Both the position numbers and the translations under genes were made by a program. Source: a virus (taxonomy: Duplodnaviria > Caudoviricetes). Taken from it: a stretch of 55,001 nt of DNA. The DNA is taken from positions 1-55,001 of the IMG/VR virus record IMGVR_UViG_3300024288_000002. The stretch is one strand, 5' to 3'. Below, one piece after another: positions 19,304-28,377 of the stretch (positions within the stretch are counted from its first letter, which is position 1; each line of letters begins with the position of its first letter). The notes under the pieces were generated by a model that worked only from the letters and a program-made list of their open reading frames with translations, did not search any database and was not told the DNA's origin.

Positions 19304-20269
19304 ATGTTAGTTGGAGTAGATGTTCACGGAGCGTTTCAGTCAGGAATCGACTTCAACCTGCTTAAGCGTCAGGGCTACTCGTTCGCAGCAATGAAGTTCA
19401 CACAAGGTACAAGCTTCACTGCACCTAGTGTCGACACATGGCCACGAATGATTAGGGACGCTGGTCTAGTACTAGGTGGCTATCACTGGATCAATCATGG
19501 GCAAGCTGTTCAGCAAGCGGAGTTCTTCTTCAATACGCTTGAACGAACTAAGGCCCTGGTTCCAGGCCTGCCTACGCTGATCCAGCTCGACTGTGAAGAC
19601 AATGCTACCTACACAGACGTGTTGCAGTGGAAGGATAGATGGAATCAGCTTTCAGGCAACCATCCATTCTTGCTGTATACAGGCAAGTGGTGGTGGGCTC
19701 CTTCAGACGGAAGCCGAAATTGGAACGGTCCGAACGTTACTCCGTTCCTGTGGCATTCGCAGTACCTAGTAGCCGACACAGATACAATTCAAGACGACCC
19801 ATTTGTATTCGCTGCTCGCATTCCAAGCAGCTGGTGGATTCCAGGCTATGGTGCTTGGAACCGCGCAACGTTCATCCAGATGACGTCAAAGGGTGATGCT
19901 GGCTCGTTAGGTAACAACGTCGACCTGAACGCCTTTCAGGGTACGATGCAGAACCTACTTGCGCTCACTGGTACAGTACATCAACCGGAGGCTGTGAGTG
20001 ACATGAAGGTATTTACCTGGAACAAGGGAATGTGGGTGTCTGGTGGCAATGCTCGTAGGAGTATTCCTGACGGCGGAGCTCTTACAGACATCTACGAAAG
20101 TGGTGGCGTGAACCTGGGAGATCGTAGCACGTGGTCGCAAGAGCGAATCGACAAGTGCTTCGGTCCCGACCAGGATACGCTCAAGGGTCAGGCTGGACCG
20201 CCCGGACCGGCGACCTACGTTCCACATACCCACACGGGCGATGAAGGTACGCCTACAGCGAAGGGGTAA
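19304..20269 (+). CDS. Endolysin, GH25 muramidase
   Basis: GVDV..FQ, K.TQG, GGYHW, LDCE catalytic motif, YTG.WWW, VDLN. Confidence 0.88.
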   Translation: MLVGVDVHGAFQSGIDFNLLKRQGYSFAAMKFTQGTSFTAPSVDTWPRMIRDAGLVLGGYHWINHGQAVQQAEFFFNTLERTKALVPGLPTLIQLDCEDNATYTDVLQWKDRWNQLSGNHPFLLYTGKWWWAPSDGSRNWNGPNVTPFLWHSQYLVADTDTIQDDPFVFAARIPSSWWIPGYGAWNRATFIQMTSKGDAGSLGNNVDLNAFQGTMQNLLALTGTVHQPEAVSDMKVFTWNKGMWVSGGNARRSIPDGGALTDIYESGGVNLGDRSTWSQERIDKCFGPDQDTLKGQAGPPGPATYVPHTHTGDEGTPTAKG

Positions 20270-20278
20270 TGAAGCCAG

Positions 20279-20539
20279 ATGTTTGGTGCGGAGTTAGGTC
20301 AGCTGGGTCCTTGGGGTTTGGCTAGCGCCTGCTTTATGCTCGTGTTCCTTGGTGGCCTAATTCCGCGCTGGACACATAACCAGAGGATCAATGATCTCAA
20401 GGACCTGAACAACAAGCTTGAGGCGGCACTGGATAAGCGCGATGAACAATTCGATAGGCTTATTGGCCAGAATGAAATCATCGTGCATACGCTGGAGGAA
20501 ATAAAGGCGATAAGCAAAGAGACGAGGCCTGTGTCGTGA
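20279..20539 (+). CDS. Membrane protein of the lysis cassette
   Basis: N-terminal transmembrane segment plus coiled coil; follows the endolysin. Confidence 0.6.
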   Translation: MFGAELGQLGPWGLASACFMLVFLGGLIPRWTHNQRINDLKDLNNKLEAALDKRDEQFDRLIGQNEIIVHTLEEIKAISKETRPVS

Positions 20540-20718
20540 AGTGGCCGCCGTGGCGTAAGTCTGAGCACTCGGAAGAGATAGCTCGGGCCCAAGAACGGCT
20601 TGAGAAGGTTTACAGTGACGATGCTAAAGTAAATGATCTCTCTCGCCGGGCAAGAAAGATAGTGCATGAAAACGAGTTGGCTCCGGCCATCATGAAAGCA
20701 TTGGGGGTGCGCAACTAA
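20536..20718 (+). CDS. Small lysis-cassette protein
   Basis: GTGA overlap; 60 aa helical. Confidence 0.55.
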   Translation: MKWPPWRKSEHSEEIARAQERLEKVYSDDAKVNDLSRRARKIVHENELAPAIMKALGVRN

Positions 20719-21014
20719 TGTACCAGTGGTTCCTTGGGAGTATAACCGCTGCGGGACTTGTTGGATGTGTTACCTTCGTCCTACGCTACGCCATCCGTAG
20801 TAGGGGGGCCTGGCGTCGTAGTGAGGCTGGACGCTTCATGATGGTTACGTACTTTTGTACTGGGGCGCTTTTCACTTCAGTTCTTGCGAGTCAGATCTTT
20901 GGTGATTGGCCTGGTCGCAGGATCGTAACGGTAATCTTGTTTTCGGCTTATGTAGTCTTTACCTGGTGGCCGCAACGCCTACTGACTAAGGCTGGTAGGC
21001 TAAACAATGACTGA
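20718..21014 (+). CDS. Putative holin (three transmembrane segments)
   Basis: Three hydrophobic segments; 'WRRSEAGR', 'DWPGR' motifs. Confidence 0.6.
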   Translation: MYQWFLGSITAAGLVGCVTFVLRYAIRSRGAWRRSEAGRFMMVTYFCTGALFTSVLASQIFGDWPGRRIVTVILFSAYVVFTWWPQRLLTKAGRLNND

Positions 21015-22092
21015 CTATAAATACATCTTCGGGTCTCTTCGTGATGAACAGATCGTTGCGGAGATTCCTTTGTACGGAACTTTTATGGACTTGGAGTTGA
21101 ATGTCGGAGGAACGTTCAACGGTTCTTTCAACCTTGACCAGACGGGAATAAGTAACCGCATTCTTCTGGATGCAACATCGCCAGGACGAACCTGGGTAGT
21201 CTGCGAGCGTAACGGTCAAGCTGTCTGGGCTGGATTTATTTGGAGTCGTGTATACCAAAGTCAGTCTAAGTCAGTGCAGCTATTTGCGAACAGCTTCGAG
21301 AAGTATCCGGCGAAGCAACTTATACGTTCTCAATTCACAGAAGGAGGAGTTGATCAACTTCAAACCTTCCGGGACCTTTGGGCGCACATGCAAGCTGTGC
21401 CGGGACGCAATATAAACATCAACCTTCCAACGGCTACTCCGCCTATAGTCGTTCCGAAGTATGTGGACATTGCTCCTACTGACTACAAGTACTATTCCGA
21501 GGTCATGGATGCCTTGGCCACCGGCACAGACGGTTTCGACTGGACGATCGATGTTGCTAAGTCAGGTCAATACTACCTCAAAACACTTCGCTATGGCTAT
21601 CCTATAACGGGTAGCGCTGATCCAAAGAACCTGACGTTCGAATATCCCGGTGACATCTTAAACTACTACGCTACTGAGTCAATGGTAGATGCAGGGACTA
21701 ACGTCTTCACACTAGGAAATGGTGAAGGCACATCAATGCCAACTCGAGAGGTTATCCATCAAGACCTTCTCGACGGTGGCTTTCCTAGATGGGACTCTGT
21801 AGCTCCTCACAAGGACGTTGACAATCAATCAACGATCGACGGGATAGCTATACAGGAAGCAGCTATTAGGCGACCACCAATGTTGGTGATGAAGCCTACA
21901 CTGAAGGCGAATCTGATTCCTGAGTTTGGAAGCTTCGGACTTGGTGATGCTTGCACCGTCTATATCAAAGATCCCAGGTTCCCTGAAGGCTTCACATTTA
22001 CGTCTCGGATTATCAAGTGGACTCTAAATCCACAGGCGTCGGACCAGACTGATGAGTTCACCATAATCTTTGCAGGTGACGAGAATGGGTAG
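21007..22092 (+). CDS. Minor tail / baseplate hub protein
   Basis: 'ERNGQAVWAGFIW...GFDWTID...FEYPGDI...FGLGD' motifs. Confidence 0.75.
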   Translation: MTDYKYIFGSLRDEQIVAEIPLYGTFMDLELNVGGTFNGSFNLDQTGISNRILLDATSPGRTWVVCERNGQAVWAGFIWSRVYQSQSKSVQLFANSFEKYPAKQLIRSQFTEGGVDQLQTFRDLWAHMQAVPGRNININLPTATPPIVVPKYVDIAPTDYKYYSEVMDALATGTDGFDWTIDVAKSGQYYLKTLRYGYPITGSADPKNLTFEYPGDILNYYATESMVDAGTNVFTLGNGEGTSMPTREVIHQDLLDGGFPRWDSVAPHKDVDNQSTIDGIAIQEAAIRRPPMLVMKPTLKANLIPEFGSFGLGDACTVYIKDPRFPEGFTFTSRIIKWTLNPQASDQTDEFTIIFAGDENG

Positions 22093-22903
22093 ATATAGGA
22101 CTGACAAGGATCTGATTGACAAAATCAATGAGCTCGAAGCTCGTCTGTCCAAGCTAGAACGGACGCCTCAGGCAAGCAGCATGGGCGTAAACATTGCAGG
22201 CATCACGGTTCAGGGCGGGTCCGTTACAACCCGTCGTGATCCAATAGCCGCACAAGGTCTAATTAGCACAGGATCAAACAACAGTGTTAATGGCGAAGTA
22301 GGCATGAGCCATAGCATACAACGTTCCAATTCAGTGAAAGGTGATGACCACTTCACTGATGGTACCACTGTCGATGGCAACATCGCTATGCAGGTCGGAA
22401 CAGTTGATGGTGGCCACGACTTTCCTGGCTTTGCATTCCCTACACTTGTCCTGTACGACAAGTCGGGAAGCCCGTTAGTAGCTGACTCGGGCAACGCTCG
22501 AAGAGGCTTCTCGGATCCAGTACTGCATCAATCGTTCACGGATGGCACGTACTTCTCGAGCACCTCGACGACGTTCTCATTCATTATGTCGGCAGAGTGG
22601 TACATGTACCATCCGCACTGTCGGATCCGAGTAATCGTTCAGAACGATGCTGCGAACTCGAGTGAGCTTCGCGTTTCGGAGAATGGTGGGAACAACAGCA
22701 TTCTAGTGACACCCATCGGACTAGGAGCTTTTCAATACGTGGACTTGATCGTTAGAAGGTCAAGCATGGTGTCTGGTGTCGCACCAAATGGTAACGTCGC
22801 AGCACTGAACCTCGAACACAGACGTGTCACAGGCGCAGGAACGATTAGGACACAAATCATCAGTGTGGTCGGCATTGACTTGTCCGCCTCCCAACCGTTC
22901 TAG
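22085..22903 (+). CDS. Minor tail protein
   Basis: N-terminal coiled coil 'DLIDKINELEARLSKLER' followed by a beta-rich domain. Confidence 0.7.
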   Translation: MGRYRTDKDLIDKINELEARLSKLERTPQASSMGVNIAGITVQGGSVTTRRDPIAAQGLISTGSNNSVNGEVGMSHSIQRSNSVKGDDHFTDGTTVDGNIAMQVGTVDGGHDFPGFAFPTLVLYDKSGSPLVADSGNARRGFSDPVLHQSFTDGTYFSSTSTTFSFIMSAEWYMYHPHCRIRVIVQNDAANSSELRVSENGGNNSILVTPIGLGAFQYVDLIVRRSSMVSGVAPNGNVAALNLEHRRVTGAGTIRTQIISVVGIDLSASQPF

Positions 22904-22915
22904 CGCCACACAGAC

Positions 22916-22964
22916 CACTAGCCGGCAGCCTGGGCATTCACCCTCCCTCAGCTGCCGGCTAGTG
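22916..22964. terminator. Bidirectional terminator between the convergent arms
   Basis: 14-bp inverted repeat CACTAGCCGGCAGC / GCTGCCGGCTAGTG. Confidence 0.8.
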
Positions 22965-22984
22965 TTCTATCTGTAGCTATACGC

Positions 22985-23506
22985 TTATAGAATCTCTACG
23001 CCTGTTGCAGGTGGTCGAAACGGTTCGAAGAGCGACAGATCGTTCAACTGAAATGAACGATAGGCAAGCAGGTGTCTAGTGGCATCCATGGCGTGCCGCT
23101 GGCCAGGAACCCACAGGCCGAGTGCCTTGATCTTATCGTCAATCCAGAAGCCTTTACCCTTTGATGCACCGGATCGAACCAGCTTGACGTAGTCTCGAGA
23201 GTACGCCCAGAGACGAAGAGCTCCTACAACCTCTGCTGCGGTGTAGTCGATCTTGTAGCGGTCGCGTTCGTCCTTGCGAAACTCGAACGGCTCGTAGACG
23301 ATGTGCACGCTCTTGTGGCCTGTGAAAGGTTGCGCATACCGACAAATGCCTTCGAGCCGGCTGAACAACGTGCTGAGCCGGAAGTCATCATCGCAGCAGT
23401 CGATCTGCTCACGACCCCACAAGTCGTCCAAGGTCCAGTACGCCAGGCCCGTAGTACCTCCTGGGTCCATTGCGATGATCAACTTCATCGGGCTGAATGT
23501 TACCAT
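22985..23506 (-). CDS. RuvC-like Holliday junction resolvase
   Basis: IIAMDPGGTTGLA, IVYE.F, HAMDATRH motifs. Confidence 0.8.
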   Translation of the reverse strand: MVTFSPMKLIIAMDPGGTTGLAYWTLDDLWGREQIDCCDDDFRLSTLFSRLEGICRYAQPFTGHKSVHIVYEPFEFRKDERDRYKIDYTAAEVVGALRLWAYSRDYVKLVRSGASKGKGFWIDDKIKALGLWVPGQRHAMDATRHLLAYRSFQLNDLSLFEPFRPPATGVEIL

Positions 23507-23928
23507 TAAATCCTATCCAATCCTAGGGGATTGATGCGAGCTGCGATTTGTGGAGTGATCGTTGCCTCAGCCTTGACGACATCTGGTTGAGCTGGACCGA
23601 GTGGAATGTACGTAGCATTCATCGACATGAACTCGAGAGTCACGCCGTACAGTACCCTGAAGACCTCTTCGGCATCGTCGATGGCTACCTGAGGGAACTG
23701 AAACGCAGGGTTCCTTCCTCGAGAGTATCCGCCGATCCCGATCTGGTTGGCAGTAATGACGTGGTGCTTCCACGGGTAGTCCCGGATGTGACTACGAAGA
23801 CGATCAATGATGTACTGTGCACGACCTTCATGTGCAACGATCACGCATCGCCTGTCTGGGTCCTCTGCAATCCATCGACACACAGCTGTGGTCTTACCTG
23901 TTTGTCTTCCACCTGCAACGATGATCAT
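23506..23928 (-). CDS. Small stand-alone P-loop protein
   Basis: Walker A GGRQTGKTT and Walker B-like VAIDDAE in only 140 aa. Confidence 0.6.
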   Translation of the reverse strand: MIIVAGGRQTGKTTAVCRWIAEDPDRRCVIVAHEGRAQYIIDRLRSHIRDYPWKHHVITANQIGIGGYSRGRNPAFQFPQVAIDDAEEVFRVLYGVTLEFMSMNATYIPLGPAQPDVVKAEATITPQIAARINPLGLDRI

Positions 23929-24029
23929 ACACGCACTCCTTGGATAATCAATGCAGCGACCCATCCAATAGCGAGCCCGAAAAGCAAGCCAAGCCCGGTC
24001 CACATAAGTGCTTCACCAAATCTTTTCAT
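23925..24029 (-). CDS. Small single-TM peptide (34 aa)
   Basis: MKRFGEALMWTGLGLLFGLAIGWVAALIIQGVRV; AAGGAGG RBS; ATGA overlap. Confidence 0.55.
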   Translation of the reverse strand: MKRFGEALMWTGLGLLFGLAIGWVAALIIQGVRV

Positions 24030-24080
24030 CCATTCCTCCTTGTGGCCTATCGCCCCTGTGGGCGTTGCTAGATTCACTTG

Positions 24081-24153
24081 TTAGACCTAAGAGAGACAAA
24101 ACTGCGCTGATCGTTTCCTAGAAGCTCATTCATCTTGTCTCTCTTAGGTCTAA
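24081..24153. repeat. Perfect 19-bp inverted repeat
   Basis: TTAGACCTAAGAGAGACAA (24081-24099) / TTGTCTCTCTTAGGTCTAA (24135-24153). Confidence 0.85.
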
Positions 24154-24165
24154 GACTATTAGACG

Positions 24166-24354
24166 TTAATTAGACTTTCCTGCGTGCTTGCTAAAACCTA
24201 AAACACATGCTCCGCATTTCAATCCTTTGGACGCTTCATACAAGTTGCCAGCATCAAGGCTTTTACCACACCCGATGCATTTGTTATCTTGACGAAGAAG
24301 TACTTTCCGAATCCTGATGGAGACGTTCTTCCTGTTTCGGTAGTCTCGCACCAT
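24166..24354 (-). CDS. Small zinc-binding protein
   Basis: CIGC...CGAC motif. Confidence 0.5.
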   Translation of the reverse strand: MVRDYRNRKNVSIRIRKVLLRQDNKCIGCGKSLDAGNLYEASKGLKCGACVLGFSKHAGKSN

Positions 24355-24356
24355 AG

Positions 24357-24677
24357 CTAAAGGTTCTCCTGGATCCTAAGTCGACGTTCTAGTTCCATCT
24401 TGGTCGCCTCAAGACTTTCGATCTGTGCTTCGACTTGTGCCAGCTTACGCTTCAGTGATGTGCGTCCGCGAAACTGGACAATGATGTTCGATGGGTCGAG
24501 GTTGGTACGGTTACCATCCTTGAAAGTGACATACTCATGAGCACGTAGAGTGCGTCCAAGATTTCGCTCGGCAATAACTCTGGAGGTGAGTTCCCAACCT
24601 TCGGGCGTCTTGACGTACTGGTATCCATTGGGTGCCACTCTCTCCGTTCCTACAGGTGAAGCTTGTCCTCTAGGCAT
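24357..24677 (-). CDS. Degenerate HNH-fold protein with C-terminal coiled coil
   Basis: 'RVIAERNLGRTL...YVTFKDGNRTNLDPSNI' has HNH_3 spacing but lacks the histidines. Confidence 0.65.
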   Translation of the reverse strand: MPRGQASPVGTERVAPNGYQYVKTPEGWELTSRVIAERNLGRTLRAHEYVTFKDGNRTNLDPSNIIVQFRGRTSLKRKLAQVEAQIESLEATKMELERRLRIQENL

Positions 24678-24855
24678 GAAGTCCCTCAGTATCTATAGCG
24701 CTCCAGAGTTTGTTTTCCAAAAGGCGATAATCCCTTTCTAGGTCAGCATCTCTGAATTCAAGGGCGGTGTAGGCAAGCTGCAACGAGTGCTTACCATTAA
24801 TCACTTTGATTATGTGCCTGCGTCGTGACTTGTCGTAGTATAGTTCCCGTATCAT
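24670..24855 (-). CDS. Hypothetical protein
   Basis: Coupled to the polymerase stop codon. Confidence 0.55.
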   Translation of the reverse strand: MIRELYYDKSRRRHIIKVINGKHSLQLAYTALEFRDADLERDYRLLENKLWSAIDTEGLHA

Positions 24856-27281
24856 TATAAGTCACCCCAGTTCTTGCCTACGGAGATGTCGACGGGGAAG
24901 GGAACGTAGTCGGTAAACTTTGTTCCCTCTTCGGCCATGACTGTACTGAGTAGTTTCGAAACTTCGTCTGTCCTAGTTTCTGCACACTCAACCACAAGTG
25001 CATCATGGATAGTAAGTCGGATGAAGCCCAGACCACGCAACATCGGTCGCAGACGTATAAGAGCGCTAAGGCAGATGTCGGAGGCAGTTGATTGTGGCAG
25101 GTAGGACAGCGCTTCATTCATCACCTCTCGCTTGTTCTGATCCGTGATCAACCAGAATCGTCGATGTCTTCCGAATGGAGTGACAAGGGGCTTGCCCGAC
25201 AGTACATGCGCCTTGATACCCTCTTGCCACCTCATCACGTCCGGGATCAGATTCGTAAAGCCTCTGTATAGCTTCTCGCCCTCACTAGCCGACAAGTTAT
25301 ACTCTTTTGCGACGGACCAAGACTCTCGACCATAACCGATGCCGTAGAAGAATGCCTTAGTTCGAATGTATTCTTCCTTGCCCCACTTGCCTGAGCCGTA
25401 CAACTGATCGGACAACTCGTTGAAGAACTTGTAGTCCGGATCAGGATTGCTCAGGATTTGTCGGAGGTATTCGTCCTGAGCTAGGAACGTCATCACTCGA
25501 GCTTCGACGTTTTTGTAGTCGGCTTGGATTAGGACATTCTCAGGTCGTGTGACACCAAACTGCCGTCTAATTTCCTTATCACGTACAATGTTCTGGAGAT
25601 TTGGATTTCGAGATGCCAACCGTCCTGACGTCGAACCGTGGAGCATGTAAGTAGTATAAACACGTCCGCGGTACATTCGTTTGCGGATTCCAGCGATATA
25701 TGTACTGTAGAGCTTGTGCTGTCGTCGATACCTGAGAAGAGCTTTGACAAACTCTCTTCGGGCACTCCCAACAGGCAGTCGGGTGAGCAGCGCTGTGAGT
25801 GTTTCTTCGTTCGTAGAAGCAACTTGCACCTTCTGCGTTTCTAGATACGCCTTAACTTGCTTCGGCGATCGTGGGTTGATTCCAAGCCATGCACCATCAT
25901 CCAAATGCCCTGTTGACTTCTGGATGACGACGTCCATTTCATTCTCGATGCCATCGAGACGGTTGAGGTACTCCGTCTCAAGCTTCGCCATGGCATCCCG
26001 ATCGATCTGGATCCCATTCAACTCTAGGAACATGAGCTGGTTGGAAGCCTTAACCAGGAAGTCATGGACCTTACGAACGTCCTCACGTTCCATCGCCTCT
26101 GTGAATAGCTCGTACAGTTCCCAAGTACATGCTACGTCATATGCATTGTACTTGTAGAGGATTGGTCGTGGAATGTTCGCGTAGTTACCACGCCTAGGAA
26201 TGAACCGCTTGATCTCGTCGTCGTACTTCGGAGCGCCAAGCTTTTCTACTGCGAGGACTTTAAGACCATGGTTACCTGGTCGTTCGTCGAGACAGTAGGA
26301 GGCGAGCATGGTATCGAACCAGAGCTCGAGGGCTCCGAGCTTGGGGTAAAGTCCGGCAAGGTCAAATTTGCCGTTGTGAGCAATGAGTCGCTTTCCACGA
26401 AAGAGCTCCCGCAGTCGACTGACCACCTTAGGGTCGGTAAGTGGATGCTCACCCAACACCACAGCTCGTCCCCTTGCGTAAGCAATTCCCACGCAAAGTA
26501 GAGAGTAGTTGTTCGGGTGGTCATCGCCGGCGACGTCTTTCTCAATACCCACCTCAATGTCGATAACGAGAGGTCCCTCAAGTCGTTCCAGTTCGTCGAT
26601 GACTGCGAGCGTCTGATCAACATCGTCAAATGCTCGCCACTCAGGTTCACGCCAAGACTCACGTCTACTCTCCTTCAGCTTCCCTATATCCGAAACGAGC
26701 GCTGGAAACGCATCTGCATTGCGCAGGCAGTACGCCGGGTGCCAAGTCGGAACAACCCGGATATGATTCGCCTCGCCCGCATTTGCACTGAGAAATCTTG
26801 CGCCAGTCTTAGGTGGGCCAACTCGGAGAGTGGTAATTGTGCCTGGATCGTCAACCAGAAGGGTGCCCGCCGTGCCGCCAAGTGCAATGATATCGGTAGT
26901 CTCGAATTGCTGTACTTCCCGTGCGAGACGAGCCTTACATGCAGTAACCGCACTACGAGGAGGAGTTGCGTTACTCTCAGGCCTACATAGACAAACATTG
27001 GTAAGAAGTACCTCGCTTCGTTTTATACTGTGATGCTTAAGTACAGCATCCAGCAGTTTTCCGCTAGGTCCCGTGAATGGTTTTCCGTAAGTCCCCTCGT
27101 AGAAACCAGGAGCCTCACCGACTACAACTAATCTACGTTCGCCTTCAGCTCTCGGGCGCCACAGATCTCTTCCAGCTGCTTTCACCCCCTGTGGGATTTG
27201 CGAAGGCACATACGGGGCGTCTCGCAGCGGGCAGTGGGAACAATCAGCTCCTAGCGCTTCAGCTTTCACTGTCCTGCCCAT
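24855..27281 (-). CDS. Family A DNA polymerase with N-terminal uracil-DNA glycosylase-like domain and 3'-5' exonuclease
   Basis: UDG: CSHCPL, VGEAPG, PFTGPSG, TNVCLCRP, TWHPAY. Exo: DIE, HNGKFD, YNAYD. Pol: SGRLASRNPNLQNI, DYKNVEAR, KAFFYGIGYG, TIHD. Confidence 0.93.
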   Translation of the reverse strand: MGRTVKAEALGADCSHCPLRDAPYVPSQIPQGVKAAGRDLWRPRAEGERRLVVVGEAPGFYEGTYGKPFTGPSGKLLDAVLKHHSIKRSEVLLTNVCLCRPESNATPPRSAVTACKARLAREVQQFETTDIIALGGTAGTLLVDDPGTITTLRVGPPKTGARFLSANAGEANHIRVVPTWHPAYCLRNADAFPALVSDIGKLKESRRESWREPEWRAFDDVDQTLAVIDELERLEGPLVIDIEVGIEKDVAGDDHPNNYSLLCVGIAYARGRAVVLGEHPLTDPKVVSRLRELFRGKRLIAHNGKFDLAGLYPKLGALELWFDTMLASYCLDERPGNHGLKVLAVEKLGAPKYDDEIKRFIPRRGNYANIPRPILYKYNAYDVACTWELYELFTEAMEREDVRKVHDFLVKASNQLMFLELNGIQIDRDAMAKLETEYLNRLDGIENEMDVVIQKSTGHLDDGAWLGINPRSPKQVKAYLETQKVQVASTNEETLTALLTRLPVGSARREFVKALLRYRRQHKLYSTYIAGIRKRMYRGRVYTTYMLHGSTSGRLASRNPNLQNIVRDKEIRRQFGVTRPENVLIQADYKNVEARVMTFLAQDEYLRQILSNPDPDYKFFNELSDQLYGSGKWGKEEYIRTKAFFYGIGYGRESWSVAKEYNLSASEGEKLYRGFTNLIPDVMRWQEGIKAHVLSGKPLVTPFGRHRRFWLITDQNKREVMNEALSYLPQSTASDICLSALIRLRPMLRGLGFIRLTIHDALVVECAETRTDEVSKLLSTVMAEEGTKFTDYVPFPVDISVGKNWGDL

Positions 27282-28009
27282 TCCTTGAAGATTCGAATGT
27301 TAGCTGCTAGTACTCTAGGGTCAACCTCCTTCTTCACGGTGAAGTAATCGGATCGTCGTGTGCTCCAGGCATCGATTGTGGTAAGTTGCTTACCAACCTC
27401 TGCCAGCTTGAACGGCTGTGCTGAGTCCATAGATCGGACTCCCTCGAATTGTACGTGATACATCTCTTGTGGATATATGCTGTTCAATCCGAGTAAGTGG
27501 ATCTTAAACCTTTTTGGATAGACTCTATGGATAGCACGTGCGATCTTCCGACGGATCTCTAGGTCTTCATGTGTAACGAGGACCTTCGGAATCCCGATGG
27601 CGGTGATCAAACTATTCTGAGCGTACTTCTTTAGCAGGAACTGTCTGTCGCTTAGCTCCTGTCCTTGTAGTACGCCCATGATGTTGTAGTTCGATGCTTC
27701 CGGACCATACTCGTCTAGGAAGGCATTTGTTGCTTCGAGTGTTGCAGCTGCGTCGTTCATAACGTCAGGTGCAACAATCTCGTGCGGCTTGATAGCTCGG
27801 GCGAAGTTCAGAAGATCTTCACCGTTAGCGAGCTGATTCTCAGCACACCCATTGTCTAGGATGATGTAGTGCCCACGTGCCCGAGCTGTTGCGTATGTTC
27901 TCAGGTATGAAAGGTTGCGACGCAGCGAGGCTAGTGGCAACACTAGGTGGATGTCACTGTGAAGTGCTTCCTCTTCATACCCCTTAGGAGGGATTAATGC
28001 TGCGCGCAC
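27266..28009 (-). CDS. Divergent DpdA/TGT-like TIM-barrel transglycosylase
   Basis: IILDNG, VAPD, GVLQG, KIHLLG, SMDS motifs in TGT order; adjacent to the preQ0 genes. Confidence 0.65.
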   Translation of the reverse strand: MRAALIPPKGYEEEALHSDIHLVLPLASLRRNLSYLRTYATARARGHYIILDNGCAENQLANGEDLLNFARAIKPHEIVAPDVMNDAAATLEATNAFLDEYGPEASNYNIMGVLQGQELSDRQFLLKKYAQNSLITAIGIPKVLVTHEDLEIRRKIARAIHRVYPKRFKIHLLGLNSIYPQEMYHVQFEGVRSMDSAQPFKLAEVGKQLTTIDAWSTRRSDYFTVKKEVDPRVLAANIRIFKEWAGQ

Positions 28010-28377
28010 TACTGTTCCTTTACGCTTGTGAATCGGGAGGACTTGATGAAGCCTGACTCGAGACTGTCCGGTGGAAGTGCAGCTGCGATTGACTCTTGTA
28101 GTAGACGCAGCTTGATGTAGGTGTATCGGGCGTAGTTGGCTAGATCGACGATCTCGTGGAGCGCTTCCTCGATGGTATCGACGGTTAGGAACTTTCCGGG
28201 GCCATACTTCTCGGCGCCCATTCCATGACGCTCTTCGGTCATGCGATCGAACTCTTCACTCAAGGCGAAGACGACCCCTGCGAGCTCTTGTGCGGCCTCT
28301 TCAGCCTCGGCTGACCCACGAAAGGTCATGTGCTCCTCGTCAGCCTGACGTTTGAAGTCGTCGGTTATATCAGGCAT
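28009..28377 (-). CDS. All-alpha (MazG-like) dNTP pyrophosphohydrolase
   Basis: 'RHGMGAEKYG...EEALHEIVDLANY' contains an EExxxExxD acidic helix. Confidence 0.6.
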   Translation of the reverse strand: MPDITDDFKRQADEEHMTFRGSAEAEEAAQELAGVVFALSEEFDRMTEERHGMGAEKYGPGKFLTVDTIEEALHEIVDLANYARYTYIKLRLLQESIAAALPPDSLESGFIKSSRFTSVKEQ

